From the IMG/VR virus record IMGVR_UViG_3300017971_000058, positions 1-55,863 of that record: a stretch of DNA of 55,863 nt. One strand, 5' to 3'. The notes beneath the pieces are model-generated. The model worked only from the letters and a program-made list of their open reading frames with translations, did not search any database and was not told the DNA's origin. Both the position numbers and the translations under genes were made by a program. The DNA comes from a virus (Duplodnaviria; Caudoviricetes). Shown here piece after piece: positions 43,431 to 53,778 of this stretch. How positions within the stretch are numbered: the stretch's first letter is position 1; each line of letters begins with the position of its first letter.

Positions 43431-44269
43431 TCTTCCACCTCGTAGTTCGGCTGGTGGGCCGGGATGGAGTACCCAAGCCCCATAAACCATTCCTCGGCGT
43501 TGTATCGTGCCCGACACGTCTCCACGGTCTTGTCGCAGCCCGACACGAAGTGGATGTCGTTCGAGCCCCCGATCCAGTCAGTCGGAACCGGCCGAGCCAT
43601 GTAGAGCTTGGTGGGGTCGGCGTCGCCGTCGTAGTCGCGGATCGCGATGCGTAGTCCGTCCTTCTCGGCGTAGCCGCGCTTCCAGTAGCGGGCGTCGGCG
43701 GCGCCAGGCACCGTGACGCTCGTGGAGGTCACGGTGATCTCCGTGCCGTCCTTGGAGTCGATGTCGCCCGTGGCGTCGTAGGTCCCCTCCACCACCTGAC
43801 ACCCGCCGTGGAACAAGGTCCAGCAACAGTGATGGTTGCAGGGCAGACCCATCGGGATGTCAAGGCGCGACTTGGCGGGCAGAGAGAAGAAGGCCACCTT
43901 GTCGTTCGCGCCCTGGTAGTTCTTGATGGTGCGCACGACCCGTCCGCGGTACAACACCTTCTGCGTGGACTGGTCGCCAGTGAAGAGCCCTTGAGTCAGC
44001 TCTTCGATGATGACGAAGATCGGCGAGTGTGGTGTGCCGCTGGATGCGCGAGTCGTGAAGATGTCGGTTGGCAGGACAACACGCAGCTCGCGCTTGTCGA
44101 AGGTGCCCTCGTTCTCCGGAATCGACAGCGACATGCGCGGCTCGGAGGTGGCGCTCAGGTACTCCTGATCCCAGTCAGTGTACTTCTCTTGTGTGGCAAG
44201 GCTGGGGCCGTGGAAGAAGGTTACGAGAACGAACCCTTCCTTCTCCGGTCTTGCGTATGCCTTCACCAT
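43427..44269 (-). CDS. DUF2163/BR0599-like tail hub protein
   Basis: CNHHCCWTLFHGGC and GCDKTVETCRARYN motifs. Confidence 0.8.
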   Translation of the reverse strand: MVKAYARPEKEGFVLVTFFHGPSLATQEKYTDWDQEYLSATSEPRMSLSIPENEGTFDKRELRVVLPTDIFTTRASSGTPHSPIFVIIEELTQGLFTGDQSTQKVLYRGRVVRTIKNYQGANDKVAFFSLPAKSRLDIPMGLPCNHHCCWTLFHGGCQVVEGTYDATGDIDSKDGTEITVTSTSVTVPGAADARYWKRGYAEKDGLRIAIRDYDGDADPTKLYMARPVPTDWIGGSNDIHFVSGCDKTVETCRARYNAEEWFMGLGYSIPAHQPNYEVEE

Positions 44270-44278
44270 GATTGCCTC

Positions 44279-45916
44279 CTAGACGGTGAAGTCGGACTCG
44301 TTGAGCACCTCGATCACCGAGATGCTGGAAGTCATGAGGCCCGTGTGCGTCCACGTCTCCCGGAACTCGTCGGACGTGAAGCGCACCAGTCGGGCGCGGG
44401 CGACACGAACCACGTCGTTCACATCGAGCCCCGCCGGGAGGTTTGTGTTCAACGCGATCGTGAAGGTGGTCAGGATCTCCTGGATGATGGACACGTCACG
44501 GACGTACTGAGTCCCGTCTTCCATCACAAGCCCCAGAGCATCGAACTCTTCCTGCATGTCAGAGAGATCGCCGATGGCCCTGATGCTTACGTCTGTGCCC
44601 GCCGCGTCGATCGCCAGCGCCTCCAGGTACTGATCCTGGTCGATGTGCCAGAAGCTGCGCAGGCGCCCGCGGCGAGTCTCGAAGAACTCCAGGGCGTTCC
44701 ACATCTCAGTCCGATTGCCGGAGATCGTGAAGCGGTGGGTTTGCCGTGAGCGGTCGCCTTCGAGGTTCACGAAGTCCGCGCGGCCCTGGCGGTTCCGGCG
44801 GCCCTGGCGGTCGCGACCTTTGATGACGCCCGAGGTCCAGTCCGGCTCCTCGAACCAGATGGGGCGGCCGTCGTGTGCCAGTTCGGCGCCGGTCGGAGTG
44901 TCGGACTTGAGGGGCGGAAGTTGCGACGCGCCGGGCGCTTCGACGACCGTCACCTTGACGGTGGACACGCGGGCTGTCGAGTAGTTAGCATCGACATCCA
45001 GAGCAACCTCGCAGTCCATGATCGGGAAGACAAGAGAGCCAGCAGCAACGTCCACGCCCAACGTGGCGTCGAGATCGAGCTGCGAGTTCGTCATGTCCGA
45101 GATCGTGTGGAAGCTGAACGACACCGGCTGGTTGCAGAAGTCGAGCTGTACGATCCCGATACGGGCGCCTGTGAAGAACCGGGCTTCGCGGGTGGGCAGG
45201 TAGATGGTGCTGTCCGAGCTGGAGTAGCTGGCCGCCAGCTCGTGCTGATCCATGTAGATGGGGACTTGGAAGCGCTGATCCGTCATGCGCCGTAGGAAGA
45301 CCTCAACGCGCTCCAGGTCTTCGAGCGTCAGGTCGTCTCCTACTTGCCACTCCAGTTTCATGCTGCGGAGCGGCTTGACACTCAGCCCTCGACGAGACTC
45401 CGCGCCAGAGTCGGGCGACGGCTTCACGCTGTTGCGGAACGACGTGCGCATCTCGGCTTTCGTGGCCCAGTTGTGCAGGAAGATGTGCGCGTCGTCTACC
45501 AGTGCGAGAGGGGTGACTGGTCCTGCCGAGCCCTGGCGCGCGAGGCACTCGATGGACATGCGGGAGCATTGGACTTCCCCCGTGTCGTCGTCGGAAAGGG
45601 CGCCGACCTGCACGTCCACGCGCGTGGCCGCGGCTTCGGCCAAGGGAGCCCCCAGCACCTCGACGGCCATGCGAGAGCACTGGACTTCCCCCGTGTCGTC
45701 GTCGGAGAGCGCGCCGACCTGCACATCGACTCGAGTCGTGGATGCGACATCCGGCTCCTGCGCCAGCACCTCGACGGTCATGCGGGAGCACTGGACTTCC
45801 CCCGTGTCGTCGTCGGAGATCGCGCCGACCTGCACGTCCACGCGCGTGACGCCGCCAACATCCCCTTCGTCAGCGAGGACTTCCTGCGCAAGCCGAGATG
45901 CTCTGACTTCGACCAT
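44279..45916 (-). CDS. Distal tail-like protein with three N-terminal repeats
   Basis: FFETRRGRLRSFW (DUF2460-like); 3 x 37-aa repeats. Confidence 0.65.
   Translation of the reverse strand: MVEVRASRLAQEVLADEGDVGGVTRVDVQVGAISDDDTGEVQCSRMTVEVLAQEPDVASTTRVDVQVGALSDDDTGEVQCSRMAVEVLGAPLAEAAATRVDVQVGALSDDDTGEVQCSRMSIECLARQGSAGPVTPLALVDDAHIFLHNWATKAEMRTSFRNSVKPSPDSGAESRRGLSVKPLRSMKLEWQVGDDLTLEDLERVEVFLRRMTDQRFQVPIYMDQHELAASYSSSDSTIYLPTREARFFTGARIGIVQLDFCNQPVSFSFHTISDMTNSQLDLDATLGVDVAAGSLVFPIMDCEVALDVDANYSTARVSTVKVTVVEAPGASQLPPLKSDTPTGAELAHDGRPIWFEEPDWTSGVIKGRDRQGRRNRQGRADFVNLEGDRSRQTHRFTISGNRTEMWNALEFFETRRGRLRSFWHIDQDQYLEALAIDAAGTDVSIRAIGDLSDMQEEFDALGLVMEDGTQYVRDVSIIQEILTTFTIALNTNLPAGLDVNDVVRVARARLVRFTSDEFRETWTHTGLMTSSISVIEVLNESDFTV
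45555..45850 (-). repeat. Three tandem 111-bp repeats
   Basis: GGACTTCCCCCGTGTCGTCGTCGGA at 45571, 45682 and 45793. Confidence 0.9.
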
Positions 45917-45930
45917 ACCCTCGGGCCTCG

Positions 45931-47073
45931 CTAGCCGTTGTTTATCACGCCGTGTTCGTATGACGCCAGATCGTCGAAGTCCCATGCCACACCCGTATTA
46001 GGGTCTGCCTCCGTGACGTGAGCGCTTGCTTCCATTGTCGTGCTGTCCACGTTGAGATCGACGCCCGCAGTCGTCTCCGCGGGCGTGCCTGTGGTCTTGC
46101 GGTAGCGGTGTCCTATGTCCAAGTCAGCAGTCGTCTCCATGCGACAGTGGATGTCCTGTCGCACACCGACGATAGTCCCGCCCTGGATCTTGTCGGTGGC
46201 ACCAACCGTGCAAAGGTGGACCTGACTCGTAGTGTCGCTCGTGAGCCTCTTGTCGTCCTCGATGGAGGTTAGTGGCTCATTCCAAGCATCTTCGGTCGAA
46301 GTGGCCGCGGCCAAGGTCCAGTTGGTTGTGGTGCCATCGCCAGAAGGCTTCTGGCCCTCGATGATGACTTTCCCTAGCCAGTCGTTGTTGACCGTGCCCG
46401 CAGAGTCCATGATGATGAGGTCGTCGAAGGCCACCGCGTCGTTCAGGTTGCCGGTATTCCACGAGACTTGGACGCGATCCGCACCAGTCGAGGTTTGCTC
46501 TTGCGTGTCAAGGCCGGTGGTGGCGCCGTCCCATGACATTGTGGTCGGCGATCCGCTGGCGTTCAGCGACGGTTTGTTGATATGGCGGAATCTTCCGTCC
46601 AATGTTCCGGAGGCATTGGAGACCGTGATCTTGAACTCGAAGTAGATCCACTCCCCATCAACCGCGTAGTGGAACAAGTCGGTTCCGGTCACGAGCGTGG
46701 TCGATCCTCGTACGAGACGCCACTTGAAGTAGTAGCCGCCAGGCTTACCGTTCGTGTCGTTGGCCTGGAGAACTTCCAAGCGACACTGTTCGCCGTCCGT
46801 GTTGCGAAGGGAGATGAATGGCAGAGCACCGTTGTTGATCGTGTCGGCGTTAGCACCTCGGAAGGCAAACTGCAAGATCCACGAGTTTTGTGTGGGACTG
46901 ACGAGCACAGGCGTGGTCAACTGGGCGTCGTCAGAACTGACGGCGTTACCGCCCACAGGATCGGCGGCCCCGCCGACCTGCGTGAACACGCCTGTGTCGT
47001 CGGTATAGACGCGCCCGTGAACGTCCATGATGGTCGTGGCGTTCTCGAACCCTTCTAGCCATCGGAGTGTCAT
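45931..47073 (-). CDS. Tail protein (beta-sandwich), paralogue 2
   Basis: MTLRWLEGFE..., similar along its length to 47073-48119. Confidence 0.7.
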   Translation of the reverse strand: MTLRWLEGFENATTIMDVHGRVYTDDTGVFTQVGGAADPVGGNAVSSDDAQLTTPVLVSPTQNSWILQFAFRGANADTINNGALPFISLRNTDGEQCRLEVLQANDTNGKPGGYYFKWRLVRGSTTLVTGTDLFHYAVDGEWIYFEFKITVSNASGTLDGRFRHINKPSLNASGSPTTMSWDGATTGLDTQEQTSTGADRVQVSWNTGNLNDAVAFDDLIIMDSAGTVNNDWLGKVIIEGQKPSGDGTTTNWTLAAATSTEDAWNEPLTSIEDDKRLTSDTTSQVHLCTVGATDKIQGGTIVGVRQDIHCRMETTADLDIGHRYRKTTGTPAETTAGVDLNVDSTTMEASAHVTEADPNTGVAWDFDDLASYEHGVINNG

Positions 47074-48119
47074 TAGCTCACCACCTCTACGGCCCATTCG
47101 CCGTCGTCAATGTCAGTCACATCCCAGGCCCCGCCGCCGTTGGGGTTGCGGTCGAAGACCTCGGTGAACTCGTCGAACTCGGTCGCATCTACGACGTGCG
47201 AGGAGTTGTCCACCTCGGTCGTGTCCGGGTCCTTGTAGACGGTGCGCACCGTGCGTGTACCGGCAGCCGCCATACCGAGCTGCACACCGAGCTGCACGGC
47301 ATGGATGGTGCCGGTGATCTGCTGGAGATCCTCGAAGTCGAAGAAGTCTTGTTGGCCATTCGTGTCGGAGCCGATAGTACCTCCGACCCCGCTGTCATCC
47401 GGACCAGAAGTACCCGGGTCGTTCACCGAAGTGTAGTGATCGCCCGAGCCGTTCTGCGTCCATTGGAGAGGCGTACTGTCGGCGTTGGGCAGCAAGCCCT
47501 CGACGATGGATGGGCCGAGGAAGTCGTTGTTGTACGCGGTCGTACCATCCAGGAGGTACATATCATCCAGGCGTAGGACCGCGCCCAGGGTAGACGAGAA
47601 GCGGAAGGCGAACACGTCCCAGCCGTCTGTGGCGTTGTCGGCGAGGTTCACGCTGGAGCCGGAGATGTCGAGCACGCCGTTGTGTCGCAGCTCGTACGCT
47701 CCGTTCGTGCCAGTGCGCACGGTGAGCTTCACCTCGATGTAGTGCCACACCCCGAAGTCGAAGTAGCTCGACGTGGCGACAGTGGTGGAGCCCCGCTTGA
47801 TAAGGAACCGGGTGCCGAAGCCGCTCGTGGACTCCCACTCGATGTGGCACTGTTCGTTCGCGCCTGTCTCGAAGTAGAGTCCCTGCGCGCCGGAGTTCAC
47901 AACCGTGGTGTGGTTGTTGAACCGGAACCCGAACCCTATCACGGCCGTGTTGTCGGTGCCGAAGGACGGCGTGACCATGACCGCGGAGTTGGGGCCTGCG
48001 GAGGTGCCGAACACCCTCCCGGCTTGCGACGACCAAGATCCTGACACCGAGGCGTACTTCCGCGCGAGCTGGTCAATGGGGAGGTGGGTCTCAAAACCCT
48101 CGATCCATCTACAAGACAT
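47073..48119 (-). CDS. Tail protein (beta-sandwich), paralogue 1
   Basis: MSCRWIEGFE..., WHYIEVK and DDMYLLD...NNDFLG motifs. Confidence 0.7.
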   Translation of the reverse strand: MSCRWIEGFETHLPIDQLARKYASVSGSWSSQAGRVFGTSAGPNSAVMVTPSFGTDNTAVIGFGFRFNNHTTVVNSGAQGLYFETGANEQCHIEWESTSGFGTRFLIKRGSTTVATSSYFDFGVWHYIEVKLTVRTGTNGAYELRHNGVLDISGSSVNLADNATDGWDVFAFRFSSTLGAVLRLDDMYLLDGTTAYNNDFLGPSIVEGLLPNADSTPLQWTQNGSGDHYTSVNDPGTSGPDDSGVGGTIGSDTNGQQDFFDFEDLQQITGTIHAVQLGVQLGMAAAGTRTVRTVYKDPDTTEVDNSSHVVDATEFDEFTEVFDRNPNGGGAWDVTDIDDGEWAVEVVS

Positions 48120-48121
48120 GG

Positions 48122-51100
48122 TTAGCGTCCTCTGCCGGTTGCGCCGCGGTCGAGCAGCGCGTTGATGTTGCCCGCGTTCTCGCGCATGAACGCGAAGAGG
48201 GCGTTCCGCCCGCCTGCGGAGAAGGTGTCCATTTCCCGGTCGCTTGCGACGACAGCGGGCACGACCACGAGGTCGCCGTCACCGTTGCTGGACTCAGAGC
48301 CTTGATCCACGTTGGAGAGTCGGTCGGAGACGAGGCCCCCGGCCGCCATAGCGGTGCTGGGCCCGGCCGCCTCCGCGGACGAGCTCCCCACGACCTCCAT
48401 GTCACCGTCGTTCATGGCCCTGAGCGTGGCGAAGTGCTTTTTGGTCGCATCCCTGTTCACAACGAACTCGCCGGGCGTGAGCCACGCCGGGACAGTATCG
48501 CTGGCCGGGACGTGGCGCGGCCTTCCGAACCCGCCCTTGGCAAGGCCCTTGGCGCGCCTTGTCCAGTGCTCCGGAACCTCGCCGCCTTTCGCGAAGGAGA
48601 GCGGGATGCCGTTCACGTTCATCTCCGGCACCACGCCGCCGTCCTTGAAGCCGAGGATGGCTTTGGCGATAGCGAGCTGGATGAGCTGCTGGAGGACGGT
48701 CTGCGCGATCTGCTGCATCAGGCGCGCGAACCGCTCCTTGATGTCCACCTCCTTGGTGGGATCGAACGCATCGACAATGGCCTGCGAGGCGAACTGCGTG
48801 AACGCCTGGAGGCTCTGCTTGACGATGTTGATGCCAGCCTGGAACGTGGACCCGAACTGCTCGGCGAACTGCGTGAAGCCTTCCTTGAGGCCCTCGGTCA
48901 GGGAGCCGTTGGCGACCTTCTCGGCTTCCCGCTCCGCGGCTTGGAGCTGCTCCAGGCGCAGGCGCAGGATCTCCTCCTCGTACCCCTGCCGGATGGCCAG
49001 CGCCTCGATGATCTGGTTGAGGGAGTCCAGCTCCGCGCCGGGCGGGAGCTGCGCGGCCTTGGCCGCGAGTGCCTGCTGCTCGGTCTGGTTCCGGAGCTGC
49101 ATGGCGGCCAGCTCGGCTTCGGCGAGCTGCACAGCGCTCCGTGCGGCCACCAGAGCCATCTCGCGCGGGCCCGCCTGTGCGACTACGGCAGCGGTCTTGG
49201 CGCGCTCTGCGGCCACCTGAGCCTGGAGGGCAACGCTCTCCTCGCGCACGGCCGGGAGAAGCCGCTCCGCGACCGTGGCGGCCTTGAGGGCGGCGAGCTG
49301 GAGAGACGTGCCCTCCGCGACGGCGATGGCGTCCTTGAGATCCTTCTCGTCGCGCAACAGCGTGACCAAGGACCCTTCGGTGTCCGCGACACCTTCCTGG
49401 CGCAAGCGCGCGATCTCGCGCTCCGTCTCGGCCAGGGCCGTGCGGATCTTCCGGAGGCGCTCGGCGTTCGCGATCTCCTCCTTGTTGAAGGCAGAGACGA
49501 TGCCTCGGCCCCCAGCACCGGCCCCGGCAGCAGCGGCAGCCGTGGCCTGCTCGAACTCGAGCCTGGCCTTGCGGATCTGGTCGTTGACGGTGGTGAGCGA
49601 CTCGCCCAGCTCGTTGATCGGCTTGTCGGCCGTGGACACGAACGAGGCAGCGGCATCGGCAGCTTCTTGCGCGGCCTTCGCAGCATCGAAGCCCGGGTCG
49701 AAGCCTTCGCCCTGGGCCCCGCGCCCGGCAGCGCCCCCGACGACGGCAGCGATCTCCTCTTCGAGGGCCTTCTGCTTGGCCGCGGCTTGTGCGCGGATGT
49801 CCGCGATCTCCAGTTCGGCCTGCTTGCGGCGCTTGGCGACGCGCTGCGCCAGGTCCAGCTCGCGGTTGATCCGATCCGTCGCGGCGCGCTGCGAAGCCTC
49901 GTCGTCGCCGAAGAGGGCCGCGATGAACCCCTTGCCTTCGGACGCCTTGTTCTTGGCCGTGGTGATGACCGTATCCAAGGCGTTGGCCAGGGTGGTGGTG
50001 ATGGTGGTGCCCAGCACACTCACCACCTCGACGACCGAGAACCACGCGCCGAGCAAGCCGAGGGAGATCAGCTCGATCGTCTCGCGGATGTTCAGGTTGA
50101 CGCCGAATATCTTTTCGAGGATGAACTCGATCGCTTTGGCCACGGACGCAAACGCGGCCACGAGGATGGCCGGGCCTTTGACCGCGAGCAGGAGCTTCTT
50201 GTTGATCTTGCCGAGGAGTGCGTTGGCGATGAGCAGGCGCGCACCCCACTTGCCGATCTCCTGGGCGACGGCGCTGGACTCAGTGGAGGAGAACCCGAGC
50301 TGCTCCTTGACGAGAGTCACTACCGAGAGCACGTCGCGGAATAGCGACACCACGACTTCGAGCGCCCCAACGATGACCTGGAGCGCGAACCCCGCGGCGC
50401 CGAGCGCCGACTGGAAGCCGCTCACGCCGATCTCCGATGCGAGTTCGCGGGCCTTGACCACGCCGTCGCGCAGCGCGTTGAAGATGGCCTGGAACGCCTC
50501 TACGACATCGGGGTTCGGGCGGATGTTCCCGGCCTCATCCACGATCGTGAGCACGTTGTCGAAGAGCTTGTTGCCCAGGTCGAGCAGCTCCTCGAACAGC
50601 GGCTGCGCGGCGTTGCCGAGAATCTCCTGGACGATACCCTTGATGAGCACGCCGATGCCGGTGAAGGTCTCGCGCGCTTGTCGCTGCGCGGCCTCGGCGA
50701 ATCCGGAGAACTCCTCCTCCAGGAACGTGAACAGCTCGCCGGTCTCCTTGAGCCTGCGTACGTCCGCGTTGGTGATACCGAGCGCGGTGGCGATACGAGT
50801 CGTGCGCGCCTGGATGGTGCCACTCAGCAGCGAGCGAACTTCCTCTGCGAGCTGGTTTTGCGGGACGCCGAGCGCCGCAGCAGCCTGCGAGATGTCCACC
50901 GTGAGCTGGCGCACCTCGTCGAGGTTGAGCCCGGCAGCGAGGCCGGGGCCGACCGAGACCTGGAAGGTGTTGAGCAGCTCCTGGAACGTGGCGACCGTGC
51001 GCAAGCTGTCCTGCCGCAGCTTGGCCGTCTGCTCGCGAGCGATGCCAAGCGCGAGGTTCAACTCCTCAGTCTTCGACACCGATTGGCCCTGAGCATCGCG

Positions 51101-51916
51101 CACGTCACCCAGCGTAGTCACCAGGCCCGCGATCCCGAGCTGCGCGGTCGCGATGGTGTCGTTGAACTTGACCCCCTCACGTACCAGGTCGTTGAACGCC
51201 TGCACGCCCTTGCGCGCGAGGGTGAAGATTGCCAGCGTTCCCACCAGTCGGCGGAACGTGAAGAGCATGCTCGTCGCGGCCTTTTGCGAGCCGACGAGGG
51301 ATCGCTCCAGTTGCTGTGCCCGCTTGAGCGTGGCCTGCGATCCGATAAGGTCGCCGCCCAGGCGCTGCGCCGATGCTTGGGCCTTGAGTAGCGCGATCTC
51401 CTTGAGCGCCACTCGCTGACGGAATAGCTCGGCGTTGAGCCTGCGTTGTGCCTGGAAGTCCACGTTGGTGGACTGAGCCGACTTCTTATCGGCTGCGGCC
51501 TTGCGTTCTTGCGCTTTGAGCAGGGCTTGTTGCCGACGCAGATCGGCGTTTTGTGCGTTGCGCAGCGCAGTCGCGCGTCGTTCACGATCGCGCTGGGCCT
51601 TGGCCAGTAGCGCGAGGTTCCTCAACTCCCTCTTGTGCTGGGCGGCGAGGGCGGCAGCAGCCTTCTCTTCGTCCGTCAGCGGCTTCGTGGACTTGCGGCG
51701 CGCTTCGTTGAGGGCACGACGCGCAGCCGCAAGTTCTCTCGTGGCCTTTGCCAGTTCGCGAGCAGACGCACTCCCTTGGCGCCCGGTCCTGAGCGCTTTC
51801 TGGAACTCCCGAAACTCCTTCTTCGATTGCCGCAGTTCCTTGCGGAACAAGGCGGTCGTTTTCGAGAACTCGTCTCGGACCCTGATGGGATAGTCAAGTC
51901 CCCCGCGTTCAACCAT
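48122..51916 (-). CDS. Tape measure protein
   Basis: 1264 aa, Ala-rich helical with TM stretches; C-terminal DTVPAWLTPGEFVV motif. Confidence 0.9.
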   Translation of the reverse strand: MVERGGLDYPIRVRDEFSKTTALFRKELRQSKKEFREFQKALRTGRQGSASARELAKATRELAAARRALNEARRKSTKPLTDEEKAAAALAAQHKRELRNLALLAKAQRDRERRATALRNAQNADLRRQQALLKAQERKAAADKKSAQSTNVDFQAQRRLNAELFRQRVALKEIALLKAQASAQRLGGDLIGSQATLKRAQQLERSLVGSQKAATSMLFTFRRLVGTLAIFTLARKGVQAFNDLVREGVKFNDTIATAQLGIAGLVTTLGDVRDAQGQSVSKTEELNLALGIAREQTAKLRQDSLRTVATFQELLNTFQVSVGPGLAAGLNLDEVRQLTVDISQAAAALGVPQNQLAEEVRSLLSGTIQARTTRIATALGITNADVRRLKETGELFTFLEEEFSGFAEAAQRQARETFTGIGVLIKGIVQEILGNAAQPLFEELLDLGNKLFDNVLTIVDEAGNIRPNPDVVEAFQAIFNALRDGVVKARELASEIGVSGFQSALGAAGFALQVIVGALEVVVSLFRDVLSVVTLVKEQLGFSSTESSAVAQEIGKWGARLLIANALLGKINKKLLLAVKGPAILVAAFASVAKAIEFILEKIFGVNLNIRETIELISLGLLGAWFSVVEVVSVLGTTITTTLANALDTVITTAKNKASEGKGFIAALFGDDEASQRAATDRINRELDLAQRVAKRRKQAELEIADIRAQAAAKQKALEEEIAAVVGGAAGRGAQGEGFDPGFDAAKAAQEAADAAASFVSTADKPINELGESLTTVNDQIRKARLEFEQATAAAAAGAGAGGRGIVSAFNKEEIANAERLRKIRTALAETEREIARLRQEGVADTEGSLVTLLRDEKDLKDAIAVAEGTSLQLAALKAATVAERLLPAVREESVALQAQVAAERAKTAAVVAQAGPREMALVAARSAVQLAEAELAAMQLRNQTEQQALAAKAAQLPPGAELDSLNQIIEALAIRQGYEEEILRLRLEQLQAAEREAEKVANGSLTEGLKEGFTQFAEQFGSTFQAGINIVKQSLQAFTQFASQAIVDAFDPTKEVDIKERFARLMQQIAQTVLQQLIQLAIAKAILGFKDGGVVPEMNVNGIPLSFAKGGEVPEHWTRRAKGLAKGGFGRPRHVPASDTVPAWLTPGEFVVNRDATKKHFATLRAMNDGDMEVVGSSSAEAAGPSTAMAAGGLVSDRLSNVDQGSESSNGDGDLVVVPAVVASDREMDTFSAGGRNALFAFMRENAGNINALLDRGATGRGR

Positions 51917-52102
51917 TTAGATGCTCCCGATATCCCTCTTGAAGTCGTCGGCCGACCCCATCACTTCCTTGTGGATACCGACAGACCTCATCAACGTCTT
52001 CACGTACTCCTTGATCGACTTCGCTGTACCCTGCGAGCCGTGGGCCATGTCGTAGATGGCCGACACCCGCTGGCGTATGCGAAATTCGTTGATGGAGGTC
52101 AT
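51917..52102 (-). CDS. Tail assembly chaperone, downstream (T-like) ORF
   Basis: Lies between chaperone and tape measure; frame stays open upstream into the chaperone gene. Confidence 0.55.
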   Translation of the reverse strand: MTSINEFRIRQRVSAIYDMAHGSQGTAKSIKEYVKTLMRSVGIHKEVMGSADDFKRDIGSI

Positions 52103-52125
52103 GAGAGCGTTGAATTGAAGCAGGT

Positions 52126-52806
52126 CTAGTCGGTCGAGGAAGTCGGTGCTGAATCCGTGTCCGACTGCGGCGACGTAGGCGTCTTGGAGGGCTCGCCATT
52201 GGTCGGACTCGTCGGCTCCGAGCTGGAGTCGGCGCGGAGTCCCTCGATCTTCGCCCGGACCAGTCCGACCAGTTGCTCCCCCGCCTCGCCGAAGACGGTG
52301 GCGTTCGCCTTCATCCAGCCTTGGAACAGCTCGACCACCGTAGGCATGTCGAGTCCTTGGTATTCGTCATCCTCCCCTTCACCGAAGAGGAACTCCTCCA
52401 CGTCGGCGATGCTGCGGTCCTTGGCATAGGGGAAGTTGTCACGCAGGCTGTCCATGAACAGCTTGCCAAGCAGCCTGATCGAGCGTTCGTCGGCCAGTGT
52501 GTCGAGGATCGTCTCGATCGCTTCGTTGCGCTCGGCTAGCCGGTGCTGCGCCATCTCGATTGATAGCGGCTCCGTCTGGATGTCCTCCATGAAGAAGTCA
52601 CCCTCGTGGTGACGTTTCACGGCCGAGCCTGCGTCGCGGGACTGGTCGGCGAAGAGGGTGTTGATCGCCTTGGCGATAGGGCCGGACAGGTCGCGTGCCT
52701 CGTTGAGCAGAGCCATCCGGTTGGGGTAGAAGCGGAACTCTTGCCCGCTGACCTGGTGCTTGATGCTTCGCTTGTCGCGGAAGGTGAATTGTTTTTGCCA
52801 GCTCAT
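52126..52806 (-). CDS. Tail assembly chaperone (G-like)
   Basis: Position between tail tube and tape measure genes. Confidence 0.65.
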   Translation of the reverse strand: MSWQKQFTFRDKRSIKHQVSGQEFRFYPNRMALLNEARDLSGPIAKAINTLFADQSRDAGSAVKRHHEGDFFMEDIQTEPLSIEMAQHRLAERNEAIETILDTLADERSIRLLGKLFMDSLRDNFPYAKDRSIADVEEFLFGEGEDDEYQGLDMPTVVELFQGWMKANATVFGEAGEQLVGLVRAKIEGLRADSSSEPTSPTNGEPSKTPTSPQSDTDSAPTSSTD

Positions 52807-52841
52807 CGTGTCATCTGCCTTGATGTTGAGTGGAGGGATGA

Positions 52842-52861
52842 CCCGGGGCCGAAGCCCCGGG
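52842..52861 (-). terminator. GC hairpin with UUCG loop after the tail tube gene
   Basis: CCCGGGGC-TTCG-GCCCCGGG; no U-tract, so possibly a stabiliser or weak terminator. Confidence 0.5.
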
Positions 52862-52881
52862 CCTTGAAGCCTCGGTTGGAC

Positions 52882-53748
52882 CTACGCTTGCTGGTCGTAG
52901 GTGCGGACGGTCAGGACTTGCGACGTGTCGGTCACGCCGGAGTTCACCTCCGCGACTCCTGTGAAGGACGCGGTTTGGAACTCGTCGCCGATGAGTGACA
53001 GGTCGCCGTCGCTCGCCAGCGAGACCTTGTGGAACAGGAACTCGGTCTTCTGACCCAAGTCGCTCGCGTTCGACTGGATGAACAGCAGAGCGCCGGTCAC
53101 GTCGTTCTCGGAGAGAGCGTTGACCTGATCGAGGTCTTGACCCACGGTGGCGCCCGTGCTGATCTCGAAGCCGATCACGTCTCCGTCGGAGAGCGAAGTG
53201 GTGCCGGTGCCCAGGAAGCGAATCAGGCCCATCTGCTCGTCGATCTCGTAGTCGTCGGCCGCGAGCACGGCGGGCGTGCCTGCGGGATCTTGCTCGAACG
53301 AGTAGACGCAGCCGGTGGCGTCCAGGTTGTAGACACGTTCGCCGTTGTCGTCCTTGAGCTGATACCAGTTGCCGACCTTGAGGCTATCGGTGACGATAGC
53401 GGTGTCGTGGCCGGTCCACGCCGTGTCGTGCGGGTTGGTGTACGTCTCGGTGTCGCCCGAGAAGAAGTCGGCGAGGTTCTGGAAGTTCATCTCGTCGAGG
53501 ATGTAGGAGAGCCCCACTTCCTGCGAGATGGTGACGCGCTTGTCCGTGATCTTGAGCTGGTCTCGACTGTTCTGGTGGCGGATGTCCTCCACCGCCACTG
53601 AGATGTTGAACTCCGTCGCGTTGCCGAGGTCGCGGAAGCCATCCGAGTCGGGAAGGCCCGCTGCCGTCAGCGAAGCAAGGCGCACGATGCCACGCCCGAG
53701 GGTGTAGTCCCGGGTCTGCGGGGCGCCGGTCGTGTTGATTCCGGGCAT
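52882..53748 (-). CDS. Major tail (tube) protein
   Basis: YTLGRG, FRDLGNATEF and SDGDLSLIGDEF motifs. Confidence 0.8.
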   Translation of the reverse strand: MPGINTTGAPQTRDYTLGRGIVRLASLTAAGLPDSDGFRDLGNATEFNISVAVEDIRHQNSRDQLKITDKRVTISQEVGLSYILDEMNFQNLADFFSGDTETYTNPHDTAWTGHDTAIVTDSLKVGNWYQLKDDNGERVYNLDATGCVYSFEQDPAGTPAVLAADDYEIDEQMGLIRFLGTGTTSLSDGDVIGFEISTGATVGQDLDQVNALSENDVTGALLFIQSNASDLGQKTEFLFHKVSLASDGDLSLIGDEFQTASFTGVAEVNSGVTDTSQVLTVRTYDQQA

Positions 53749-53778
53749 GTTGGTGTCTCCGTAGAAGGGTTGCAGTAG

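Noticed and set aside
45555-45850. Diversity-generating retroelement template/variable repeats
   Set aside because: No reverse transcriptase was found, the repeats are in-frame tandem units, and differences are not adenine-specific.
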